Assembly (NCBI GenBank): GCA_028711115.1
Contig: JAQTSV010000001.1
Coordinates: 1,432,928 to 1,496,927 of the forward strand
Length of the DNA stretch: 64,000 nucleotides
Reading direction: 5' to 3'
From: Candidatus Omnitrophota bacterium
GTDB taxonomy: Bacteria > Omnitrophota > Gorgyraeia > Velamenicoccales > JABMQK01
Below, in pieces: positions 39,216-49,100 of this stretch. The number at the start of each line of letters is the position of its first letter. The first letter of the stretch is position 1. Under the pieces are notes generated by a model. The model had not been told where the DNA came from and ran no database searches. It worked only from the letters and a program-made list of their open reading frames with translations. The position numbers and the translations under genes were made by a program.

Positions 39216-41495
39216 TTATTTATTCCAAATTTCCTTATAAGCGTAATAGCTCTTTCTTGGTTGTCTCAGGAATGGGCTTAAACCTCCATCGCCCTGGCCG
39301 CATAGGCCCAGCCACTCCTCATGCATGAATCCGTCGGGAAAAGGCCCGGTGAATAATCCTTTGGTATCGTGGAATGATGGCTCATAAGCCTTCCACCACT
39401 CATCTAAATATTCGAAGGCAATAGCTCCGACTGCATTACCTTCGCCGGTACTATCAGCCATGTTGTCCTGGACATCCTGCCAGGCACCTACAAGATAATC
39501 TGCCTGGGCCTGTTCTGCCTCTTCCTGAGTCATTCCTTTAGAAAAAGCCGGGCAGCCGTATTCGGTAATAAATGCCGGTTTGCCGGCAAGCTCTTTTACC
39601 TCTTGCCAAAATGCGCCAAAACCATACTCTCCTCTATACGCATTTGCCCCGAACACATCTACCTCGTCGGCATATTTGGCGAACCTATCCAGAAACAATA
39701 CATCTCCGTTGACCACAGCCACGGGATGATCGCTATCTAATGTCTTTATCAGCGTGGCTGCCTGATTGCAAAATTTAAAAAACGCCTCGGGGTTTTTGTC
39801 TGCATTGCAGGCAACGCCATAAACGTTTTCATTGCCCAATAGCCACATTAAAATATAGGGTTCATCTTTAAATTCCAAAACCATCTTCTTTACAGACTCA
39901 AGCATATTTTTCTGATGCAAGGGATTGGAATAATCCGTACCTTTATCCCATTCAGCGCCGGAGCCCAAGGCATATTTACCCAAAAAATCTCCCATAATTA
40001 CCATAATTCCGTATTCATTATACAGCCGCCTTAAAAGTTCCTTATTCACCTTAAACGGCTGCTGATAAATTCTTATGGTATTTATGCCCATTTCTTTCAT
40101 CAGTTTAAAATCTCCCGTTGCCGGCTCATTCACATCTTGTTTATTGTTGCGATTCCTGTCCACGAAGGCATCATAAGGACCGTCGCATTTGCCGTTCTTG
40201 TTAAAATCGTATTCCATCCAACTAGTCAATGATCCGTCGTCGGGACTTTGCCCTACTTTTGTAGGCGCATAAGTTATGCCTTTGATTACAAACGGCTTGT
40301 CATCAACGAACAGCTGCCAGCCTCCATTTTCGTATTGCACCAACCGCACCCTGCCCCAGCCTTTTACTTTAACTATTTTCTTTTTCTGCATCTTCTGCTT
40401 TAAAAATTCTTTGGCTTTATCCAAAAAACTCTCATGCAGGCCATTAGTGATAAGTTTTCCTGGATTAACTATAAAAATATCATTGGAGATATCATGGTCA
40501 TAACCATTGACTATATTAATTTTTGCATCCAATAATTTCATCTTTAGTTCCGGATGTTTCTTGCATAAATATTTTATCTTGGCAATGGCAACCTGGCCCA
40601 CATACCAGGGCGTGCGCCAATAAGTCCAGCCCACGGCATTGGGGAAATGCACCACAATCGCATAATATGCCTTGATGGCATGTTTGTATAAACCTGCCTT
40701 TTCTAAAATTAAACCTAAATAAAATAAACTTACGCCCTTGGGCTCAGGATATAATGCCCATTTGAAAAATGCCGCTTCCAAATCTTTGGAATGAACCAAA
40801 TCCCAGTGGCTTTCTTTTAATCTGCCTTCTTCTTTTGCCTTATTGAAATTAGGATTCCAGCGCACGCTGGTAGTGTTAGGGTAGATGCCTTCGCCCGCAG
40901 CCTGCGCCAAACCTTCCTGGTTCTTTATTATATATTTATAATCGGCTGTGCCTATGCCTGTAAACTCACCGTATTTTTCATAATTAATAATTTCCTCTTT
41001 GCCGGGATCGTGCAAAACCACCGTGGTCTTTCTTTCTTCTTTTTGCGGTTCTAATTGCGCCTCTTCGATTGCTGCAATGCCTTTTTCCAGTTTATCCAAA
41101 GTGGATTGCGCCTTTTCCGCAACCTTCCAATACCATCCCCGCGGATCCCATGCCTGCGCAAAAGGATATTTGTTGATGAGGTCTCTGCACGCCTGTTTTG
41201 CCTCTTCGTTCTTAGCCTGCCTTACCAAGGCCTCAATCCGCACAAACAAACACGTGGCTACGTCATTTAAACTCTGATAAAGACTGATTTTATCCTGCGC
41301 AGGAAAATCCTTTAAAGAAGCTTCCTGGCTGTCTGCTTCCTGACCATATTTATCCACGCATTCTTTAACTAACTTATCAAGCGAATCATAATCTTTCTTG
41401 CTTAAGATTTTCCAGGCTTGCGCCACATATTCTTTGGAAGAAATCTCCTGAGCAAAACAAGAAAAAGTAAATATAAAAACACACACTAAACACAT
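39216..41495 (-). CDS. Secreted helical-repeat + clan GH-A TIM-barrel glycoside hydrolase
   Basis: The C-terminal half carries KPFVIKGITYAP, MGINTIRIY and WLLGNENVY. The start was placed at M51 of the track ORF (MCLVCVFIFTFSCFAQE, signal/lipobox-like). The upstream 50 codons are simple-sequence DNA. Confidence 0.55.
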   Translation of the reverse strand: MCLVCVFIFTFSCFAQEISSKEYVAQAWKILSKKDYDSLDKLVKECVDKYGQEADSQEASLKDFPAQDKISLYQSLNDVATCLFVRIEALVRQAKNEEAKQACRDLINKYPFAQAWDPRGWYWKVAEKAQSTLDKLEKGIAAIEEAQLEPQKEERKTTVVLHDPGKEEIINYEKYGEFTGIGTADYKYIIKNQEGLAQAAGEGIYPNTTSVRWNPNFNKAKEEGRLKESHWDLVHSKDLEAAFFKWALYPEPKGVSLFYLGLILEKAGLYKHAIKAYYAIVVHFPNAVGWTYWRTPWYVGQVAIAKIKYLCKKHPELKMKLLDAKINIVNGYDHDISNDIFIVNPGKLITNGLHESFLDKAKEFLKQKMQKKKIVKVKGWGRVRLVQYENGGWQLFVDDKPFVIKGITYAPTKVGQSPDDGSLTSWMEYDFNKNGKCDGPYDAFVDRNRNNKQDVNEPATGDFKLMKEMGINTIRIYQQPFKVNKELLRRLYNEYGIMVIMGDFLGKYALGSGAEWDKGTDYSNPLHQKNMLESVKKMVLEFKDEPYILMWLLGNENVYGVACNADKNPEAFFKFCNQAATLIKTLDSDHPVAVVNGDVLFLDRFAKYADEVDVFGANAYRGEYGFGAFWQEVKELAGKPAFITEYGCPAFSKGMTQEEAEQAQADYLVGAWQDVQDNMADSTGEGNAVGAIAFEYLDEWWKAYEPSFHDTKGLFTGPFPDGFMHEEWLGLCGQGDGGLSPFLRQPRKSYYAYKEIWNK

Positions 41496-41500
41496 AAAAA

Positions 41501-41528
41501 TCCGAAATCCGAAATCCGAAATCCGAAA
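41501..41528. repeat. Perfect heptanucleotide tandem repeat (TCCGAAA)x4, followed by degenerate ATTTAGR repeats to about 41640
   Basis: Read directly: tccgaaatccgaaatccgaaatccgaaa, starting 6 nt upstream (in gene orientation) of the proposed ATG at 41495. Confidence 0.9.
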
Positions 41529-41641
41529 CAAATCCCAATGTTTAAAATTCCAAATTCCAAACTTAAGTGTTTGGAACATTAAAAAATTAGAATTTAGAAA
41601 TTGTTTAGGATTTAGATATTTAGATTTAGGATTTATCATAA

Positions 41642-42586
41642 TCATCCCACCACTGCCCCGGCAGTCATACCCTTAATAATATACTTCTGCAGTATAAGAT
41701 AAACTATCAATATAGGTATGACCGTCATTGTCAGACCTGCCATAAGCAAAGGATACTGCGTTACATAAACCCCCTGAAAAACCATAAGCCCTCTTTGCAA
41801 AGGCATTGTGCTTTTTTCCGACAAAATCAATTGCGCCAATATATATTCATTCCAGACATTGAGCGTATTAAATATAACGATTACGGCAATCGCCGGCCTG
41901 GACAAAGGCAGGGCCACGTTCCACCAGATACCCAATTTAGAACATCCGTCGATGCGCGCCGCGTCTTCTAACTCCGAAGGCATCTTGTCAAAAAATGTTT
42001 TCAAAATATAAATGCTCAGCGACAACCCCACGTTTATCATGCAGAAAATATAAGCCACGCGGGGATAAAGCTGCTGTTCTGTAAATGCGAACAATTGATC
42101 GACGGAGGCCTGCGATAAAAATTTCAAAAGAAAAGGATTGGAGTTATTTAAAAATACCATCAACACCTTGCGGATATTATTTACCAGGACATACAAAGGT
42201 ACAAAACTACCGGGCAGAGGAATCATCATCGCTGCCAGAAACATATTAAATGCAAGAATACTCCCGGGAAATTTCAGGCGGGAAAACGAATAAGCAGCCC
42301 AGGAAGAAACAATTACAATACCGAACACCACCACTGCTGTATAAAACAAACTATTCAAAAAGTAAATGCCGAACCCGCCTTTGGTCCAGGCAATATAATA
42401 ATTCTTCCACTGCGGCTGGTCAGGAATGATGCTCATATTGGAAAAAATTGTGGATTGTGTCTTAAGGCTGGAACTAAACATCCAGACCAATGGGAATATG
42501 CAGGTCAGAGCTATTATGCTTAAGAATATATAAATGATAAATCCTTTTGCCCTGCGTTTAATTCTATAAGTTCTGCCGTCTCTCAT
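41642..42586 (-). CDS. Sugar ABC transporter permease (MalG/CUT1 type)
   Basis: 314 aa. EAA-loop region LEDAARIDGCSKLGIWWNVALPLSRPA and 6 TM helices. Confidence 0.8.
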   Translation of the reverse strand: MRDGRTYRIKRRAKGFIIYIFLSIIALTCIFPLVWMFSSSLKTQSTIFSNMSIIPDQPQWKNYYIAWTKGGFGIYFLNSLFYTAVVVFGIVIVSSWAAYSFSRLKFPGSILAFNMFLAAMMIPLPGSFVPLYVLVNNIRKVLMVFLNNSNPFLLKFLSQASVDQLFAFTEQQLYPRVAYIFCMINVGLSLSIYILKTFFDKMPSELEDAARIDGCSKLGIWWNVALPLSRPAIAVIVIFNTLNVWNEYILAQLILSEKSTMPLQRGLMVFQGVYVTQYPLLMAGLTMTVIPILIVYLILQKYIIKGMTAGAVVG

Positions 42587-42598
42587 ATCTTATTCCTG

Positions 42599-43582
42599 CT
42601 AAACTTGTTTTACCCGTTCGGAAATCTTTTTCTGTGTAAAAGATAAAACCAAAAGCACCAGGCCGAATATTATACCTTCTGCACAGGCATAACCAAAACG
42701 CGACGAGGCAACCATAGAAGCGAGAATCCTGGTCACAGGAACTTCTGTGTGATAACCAGGCCCGCCGCCTGTCATTGTGTATATCAAAATAAAAACCTGC
42801 ATCGAACCCAATATCGTCAGAATCGAAACCAAGACAAACACGGGAATCATCAGAGGGATAGTCACATTCCTGAATATCTGCCAGGAACTGGCGCCATCCA
42901 CCTTGGCAGCCTCGTATAGCTGGCGCGGAATTGTCTGTAATCCCGCCAATAAAATAATAAATCCCCAGCCAAAACCTTTCCAGGAATGCACAATAGCAAC
43001 ACAGGTCAAAGCCGTATTGGGATCTGAAAGCCAGTTATGTATTAAATTACTCAATCCGAAATTATTTAACGCATAGTTCAACAAACCGTAATTTCCGTCG
43101 TAAATCCACTGCCAAATCAAACCCACAACTACCTCGGATAATACAGGCGGAATAAAAAATATCACACGATAAAAATTGCGCGCCTTGATTTCCTTGTCGC
43201 AAGCCAGCGCCAGTGCCAGGGCCAGTGCATTCTGAAGAGTAAGCGCGATTATGGTAATGTATGCGGCGTGCCACATCGAACGCCACCAGATTCCGTCTCG
43301 CAATATCTCTTTAAAATTTGTAAAACCAGTATAGAACTTGCCGAAAGAAAATGCATCGATGCCGTTCCAGCTGCATACCGACAATTGGAATACTTTTAAA
43401 AAAGGATAGATATAAAAAACAGAAAAGATCAATATTGCAGGGAAGGCAAAAGAAAAGTTCTCCAGATAAGACTTTGCCCTGGCAATTTTCATCTTTCTCT
43501 TCAGTACAGCTGTTTCTGGAATTTTATCGGTCATAGCCGGGTTAATTTTAATTTTCTTTTTTCCTGGCTTTAGCCAGTTCAT
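42599..43582 (-). CDS. Sugar ABC transporter permease (MalF/UgpA CUT1 type)
   Basis: 327 aa. EAA loop YEAAKVDGASSWQIFRNVTIPLM. An alternative start at M17 (43534) would remove the 35-nt overlap with the binding-protein gene. Confidence 0.8.
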   Translation of the reverse strand: MNWLKPGKKKIKINPAMTDKIPETAVLKRKMKIARAKSYLENFSFAFPAILIFSVFYIYPFLKVFQLSVCSWNGIDAFSFGKFYTGFTNFKEILRDGIWWRSMWHAAYITIIALTLQNALALALALACDKEIKARNFYRVIFFIPPVLSEVVVGLIWQWIYDGNYGLLNYALNNFGLSNLIHNWLSDPNTALTCVAIVHSWKGFGWGFIILLAGLQTIPRQLYEAAKVDGASSWQIFRNVTIPLMIPVFVLVSILTILGSMQVFILIYTMTGGGPGYHTEVPVTRILASMVASSRFGYACAEGIIFGLVLLVLSFTQKKISERVKQV

Positions 43583-44993
43583 TTTCTTTTATGGATTGGA
43601 TTTCACGGCTTAATTCTTCCGGAGTCTTTTCACCGATGATTATGGACTGTACACCTTTATCCATCCTTTCGATTACTGCGGGAAATTCCTGTACAGGCCA
43701 GACATTGGGATGCGTAGTCTGATTCATCTTTTTGGCGAATTCTGAAAGAATATCCGGTATGGAAGAAATACAATTTTTGTTTGCCGGAAGATTATTTGTC
43801 CCTCTGGAAAGATATATCTGCTGCGCATCAGCGGTAAGCCATTTCAGGAATTTAACCGCTTCATCTTTATTCTGCGAGCGGTCATTTACAATAAAAGAAG
43901 AACCTGCCCCTCCCCAAATCATCATGGGATATTTACTGGATACGCTTGGCGGAAACATCGCGCCGTATTCCAAACCGGGATTCATTCCTTCATACACATT
44001 CACGCACCAGGAGCCATTAAAAGCAAAAGCTGCGCGCTCGTTGGCAAAATTCTGCTCGGCATTCTTATTAATCATAGTTACGATTCCGCTGGCCAACATT
44101 CCTTCATCAGCCAATTGTTTAAATAAACCAAACACCTTAACCCAATCCAGGTCCGTATAAGGCACTTCTCCTCTTATGGTGGCAAAAACTTTTTGCTCGC
44201 CCATAATATTAAACGCGTAATTGGAGATAAAACAATCAATCATCCAGGTCTCTCCCCAGCCGCTGACCAAGCCCTGAATGCCGGCCTGCTTTAACTTCCT
44301 GCCAGCCTGGAGAAATTCCTCCCAGGTCTGCGGCGGTTTGTTGGGATCCAATCCGGCTTTTTTAAACAGGCTCTTGTTATAGAGCATCTGGATGTTCATT
44401 ACATCTATGGGCACGCCATAAATACCCGGCGTGACGCCGAATTTATTATCCGGCAAAAATTCGTTTACCGCAATGGCCTTGCTGAAGAAACTATTACTCC
44501 AAGCGCCGTTATCCTTGGCCATCTCCTGCGACAGATTGGCTGCATGTCCGGCTTTGATGAAAGAGGCAAAATCTCTCTTGTCTGCCAAAATTCCGTAGAT
44601 ATCCGGCAGCGTCTCTGCCTGGGCTGCAGCGCGTACTTTCTGCGAATAGGCATCGGAAGGCGCGTAAAGTTCAAATACTACTCTTATACCGGTAAGTGCT
44701 TCATACTTTCTGGCGAGCTCCTGGAAGATTTCCTCTCGGTCTGTCATCCAGTGCCAGATTGTAATCTTCTTGGCACGGGGATTTGCTTTGGAGATATTAT
44801 AGGATGAGTTTTGTTGCGCACAACTAAAAAAACTTAAACATACCAGACTAAAAATAAAACATACGGTATAAATCTTGAGTCTTGACAGGAAAACCATATT
44901 TTGTGTCGGCGAGTGAAATCGAGGCGCAGAGGCTTGCTTGTTAGATTGATTGCGATTGGCAAACCGGGAAGGTCTGAAATTCGGCCTGTCCAT
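43548..44993 (-). CDS. Extracellular solute-binding protein family 1 (sugar ABC transporter), probable lipoprotein
   Basis: 481 aa. The lipobox-like LSFFSC comes after a long basic N-region. The ATG at 44993 is preceded by AGAAGGAGGaaa. The alternative start M33 (44897) lacks a Shine-Dalgarno. Confidence 0.75.
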   Translation of the reverse strand: MDRPNFRPSRFANRNQSNKQASAPRFHSPTQNMVFLSRLKIYTVCFIFSLVCLSFFSCAQQNSSYNISKANPRAKKITIWHWMTDREEIFQELARKYEALTGIRVVFELYAPSDAYSQKVRAAAQAETLPDIYGILADKRDFASFIKAGHAANLSQEMAKDNGAWSNSFFSKAIAVNEFLPDNKFGVTPGIYGVPIDVMNIQMLYNKSLFKKAGLDPNKPPQTWEEFLQAGRKLKQAGIQGLVSGWGETWMIDCFISNYAFNIMGEQKVFATIRGEVPYTDLDWVKVFGLFKQLADEGMLASGIVTMINKNAEQNFANERAAFAFNGSWCVNVYEGMNPGLEYGAMFPPSVSSKYPMMIWGGAGSSFIVNDRSQNKDEAVKFLKWLTADAQQIYLSRGTNNLPANKNCISSIPDILSEFAKKMNQTTHPNVWPVQEFPAVIERMDKGVQSIIIGEKTPEELSREIQSIKENELAKARKKEN

Positions 44994-45447
44994 TTTCCTC
45001 CTTCTGTGAGCTGTCTATATCAGCTATAATAATTAATTATAAACTCATAGATTAAAAGACTTCCCTAATAAAAAAGATTTGAAAAAGTCTATCATAACTG
45101 GCAAGAATAATCAAGCGAATTATGTTATATTTTCCAAACCTTCTCTATTAGGGATTATCGGGATTAAGCTCGTCGCTGTCTTAAAGGATATCAGCTGGTA
45201 TAGCAGACTGCCTCGTAAGACACTTGCCTTAGTGATATTTACTACCAAATTTACCGTGGCTATTTGGATAAAGACAACTGACTATAAAACTTCTCTTATT
45301 GATTGGCCCTATATGTAGAGATACGCAGCCCCTCAGGCGATTTCTCTGCGTTCACATAAACTCTACAAATCTAACCTTACCAACACCTTCTGTCTTCTCT
45401 TAAACAACTAAAATAGTGATTTAGAGGTTAGAACAGGTGGGTAATTA

Positions 45448-45837
45448 TTATTGTCTGAGCATCTTCAAAACTCTTGAAAATGCAATCAGCCGTGGGCAAT
45501 CGAAAACAACGCCTGTCCTACAATTTTCCGCACCAACCTTCTGTGACCAAACTACTCTTCCCTTTAAGTTGATAGGCTCAAAACCATCTGAGACGTCTAT
45601 CCACATTTCTAAGGGAGTTCTGGGCTCCAGCTCTTGTTCTGTCTCAATGCCGACCCCTCCGGCACCGATATCTGTGCATTTGCCTTCGCCCCTTCTGCCG
45701 ACATTTAGGTTGCGAAAACGAGTCGGAAAATTCACTCTAAATCTACTGAACATGCGTTGTTCTTTCTGCGTGTCAGTCTTTTTAGAATCACTGTCTTCCC
45801 GTGGCACTTCATTAGATTTAAAGCGGGGGTATATCAT
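45448..45837 (-). CDS. PilZ domain protein (putative c-di-GMP receptor)
   Basis: The start was moved to MIYPRFK because AAAGGAGGTGaaaaaATG precedes it. RxxxR (QRMFSRFR) and D-x-S/G-x-x-G (DIGAGGVGI) PilZ motifs are present. Confidence 0.6.
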   Translation of the reverse strand: MIYPRFKSNEVPREDSDSKKTDTQKEQRMFSRFRVNFPTRFRNLNVGRRGEGKCTDIGAGGVGIETEQELEPRTPLEMWIDVSDGFEPINLKGRVVWSQKVGAENCRTGVVFDCPRLIAFSRVLKMLRQ

Positions 45838-46182
45838 TTTTTCACCTCCTTTTCTAGTATAAGTATAACACAAGAAAGCGCTTTCTGCAAGTTTATTTTA
45901 GTCTGTAACCCATTTATTTCCAATGGGTAGCGCATATTTTCATTATTTTTTTAAATGCTGCTTGTTATTAAGCAAAATAGCGGGTTTTATGCTGCTATTT
46001 TAAAGAACAAATTCTTCGCACAACAAAACTTTCTAAAAGGATTTATAATACCCACAAAATAAAAAAGAAATTACCATTTCCCGGTGATTATTGTAACCCT
46101 AATCTCAGTGGTTATTATAACTCTAATAATATTCTTTGCAACTATTTTTTTATCAAACTGCATTTCTGTAATTAAGTTATAT

Positions 46183-49100
46183 TTACCTGGGATAACCAAG
46201 TAATTCCTCATTTATCGGCCTTGCTGGCGCCATAATAAAGCCATCAAATCCCAAACCGTTTCTTTCCAAACCAATAATTCCTAATCTGTTGGAAAAATTA
46301 AACCCGGGCTTTCTCAATCTGTTAGCCAATGGCGAGGAGGCGGAAATATTTTTAGTTAAAAATACGTAACTTATTTGCGTGGCTGTCTTGGACTCAACTA
46401 TTCTGGTCTTTCCCACAAAAGGCCTTAAGGCATTTTCCAGATTTTGGATAGTCATTGTAGGTGCTATATTAAATATAGTATGGACTACTGTCGCGCCACG
46501 ATTAAGATGATCTGCAATAAAATTAACCACAGCATCAAAATGCATCTGGTCAGCTTCCGTCCATAGCAAAGGAATAGTGGAAAGATAAACGAGATCATAT
46601 TTCTTACGGCTGGTATTTCCTAAAATAATATCTTCTTGCTCAATTTGAAGTCTACCATCTCTTATTTTTTTCGCAATCTGTCTCCTTCTTTCTTCAGCTA
46701 AAAGAAAACCGTAAGAATAAGCAATATCTTCCCGAATATATCGGCGAGCCACCGGGTCAATAATAAAATCATCAACAATTCTCTGGAATATTCCCAGAAA
46801 TTCTTCTGCTTTATTATCCAAAATAGAACCAACAACGTCTTGGGTATATTTAACCTGGTCAGGATTAATATCGATTGCTTGGACAAAACCCGCTTTCTCC
46901 AAGAATAAAAATGGAATCGCAACAGTCCCTACAGTTAATATCCGATCATCTGCGCTTATCTCTAGCTCATCTATTATTTCCTGCGGCGTCTCCATTTGCG
47001 GCACCCAAGTAAAAGAAAAAGGCAGCATTTCTTGTATTTGGTGAATCGCATTATAAATTACATCTTTGCGGAATACAGCCGCGGTTTGCAGTTGAGCGGC
47101 CATATAAACTCCCATCATTATCGCTGTATAGATTTCATCACTAAGCAATCTTAAATCAAAAACCTGCATAAAATCTGGGGCTATAACTATTAATCCTTCG
47201 GGACCGTAATTTATAGCGGTTTCAATCCAATTTTCTACCATTCTAGCAGTAAGCCGGTCTCCTTCCATTTCCTTAAATCCGGGTATTTCTTGACGGAAGG
47301 TGTCTAATAGTTCTTGAGCTGTAGGTTTATCGCTTAAAACTGGCGAGGAGGCAGAGGGCTTTATCCGCTCGCTAACATCAAAGAAATCTCTTCTGACCAA
47401 AACTTGACTTTTTGAGCTCTCTACAATAATATCAGCCTGTTTAATCTGGCTTCTTACGATAGGAGCCTCTGTATGCTGAAGCTCTATATTCTTCCAAATG
47501 GCTTCTTGCAGAGTATAACCACGCTCTCTCATATCGCGTTGAATTTGTCTTTCAAAACAAATATCAAATGATTCATCCATGTATATCTTGATATCCAATA
47601 AATCTTTTAACTGCTCTAGGGCATAGGCGTATTGTCCCTCAATAATAACTATATCTAATTGATTGGGATCAATAAGCTCTCCTTGTCCAATTTCACCGCT
47701 TGAAGGTATATAAATAGCTGGCCTAAATGTTTGGTGTTCCTGTAAATTACGGATATGCTCTTCTAATAAATCTAAATTTAATTTATCTAATCCCCGAAGA
47801 TTTTTAGCGCGTCTTTCTGCACGGGATTTCAGATAAGCATCTATTCTCATGATGAGAACGTGCAGTCTTTTATCTTTCATAAACAATCTTCTCAATTCTT
47901 CCGCCATCGTGGTTTTACCTGCTCCAGCTTCACCAGTAATACCCACGAATAATAAATGACCTTTCTTTTGTTTTTGAAGAAGCAAATGCTCTATTTGTCT
48001 TGCTACGGGCAAGACTACATCTGTTACTCTTTGATATTCCTCACTGATTTCTGAAAATAGAGACGGATAATGAGGAACAATAATTTCATAACCGCTATGA
48101 AAATAGAAATATGAATCGAAAGTTTCCCTATCAATCTCATCTTGATCTCTTGCTTCAATAAGTCTCTTGGTTAGCTTTTGTATTGCGGCCATAGGGTCAT
48201 CATTGATTGCCTTGGACAAAGACATAACTTTTCCATGCCATTTAATGAGCGCCTCGCCATCTAGATTTTTAAGACTTTGTTTAAGTAATTTATCAATGTT
48301 ATCCACCGGCGAGGAGGCGGGGGCTGCCGGGTTTTCATCTCCGGAAACACTTGACTTTTCTGTTATCAACTCTTCTAAAATCTGTCGTTTTTGCCTAAAG
48401 ATATTGTTTTTAAAATAATGTTTCTTATTAACAAAATCAAAAATCTCCCGAAGCTCTTCAGAGTTAAAATAATTGAAGAATTCTCTAAATAACTTATTCC
48501 TCACAAGAGAAAACAGAACTTTTAATGCTCGTTCATTTCTTTTCATTCCCTCTTTTGCCATATTGTCTCGGAATATCAAAACAAGATCTGTCAATCTTCT
48601 ATTTCGGATAAGAAATGAAGTAATAAAAGCCTCCCGCTCAGGGGTTTTTGTTTCTAATTTAATTATTATTAGAATATGGACGGATCGAGGATTAAATTGC
48701 GAAGTAATTAAATCATTCATATATCTCACCGTTGTGCCTGTATTAAAAAGGTCGTCGAATAAAATAATATTCAAATCGCTCAAGTCAACACCTGGAGGAA
48801 AATATTGCTTTTGTTGTTCTATCTTTTCTCTTCGCTTTTCCTGAGACGGAATACCAGAATAAACAGCATAAGATGGTTTCTGGGCATATGAAGAAATATA
48901 TAAAATGCCTAAATCTTGGGCAATCTGTTTAGCCAATTCCCCCGCCGCTGTCAAAGTGTCCCTATTGGGGGACCCTGTAATAATGACCCAACGGACAGGA
49001 TCTCGTTCTATCTCTTCTCCATAGACTTCTTTAATTTTCCTTATAATAAGTTGCCTAAAATATTGTTCCGCTTGACGTGAACGAAACTTAAAGCCTGAAA

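Noticed and set aside
41496-41645. The first 50 codons of track ORF 39216..41645 (MIMINPKSKYLNPKQ...FRISDFGFRI).
   Set aside because: They are translations of simple-sequence repeats that overlap the upstream gene's stop. A normal signal peptide begins at M51, so the region is treated as intergenic repeat DNA.
45079-45318. A 79-aa plus-strand ORF in the 455-nt gap upstream of the ABC operon.
   Set aside because: It has a non-ATG start, no RBS, no motif and the opposite orientation to all neighbours. This is more likely promoter or leader DNA of the transporter operon.
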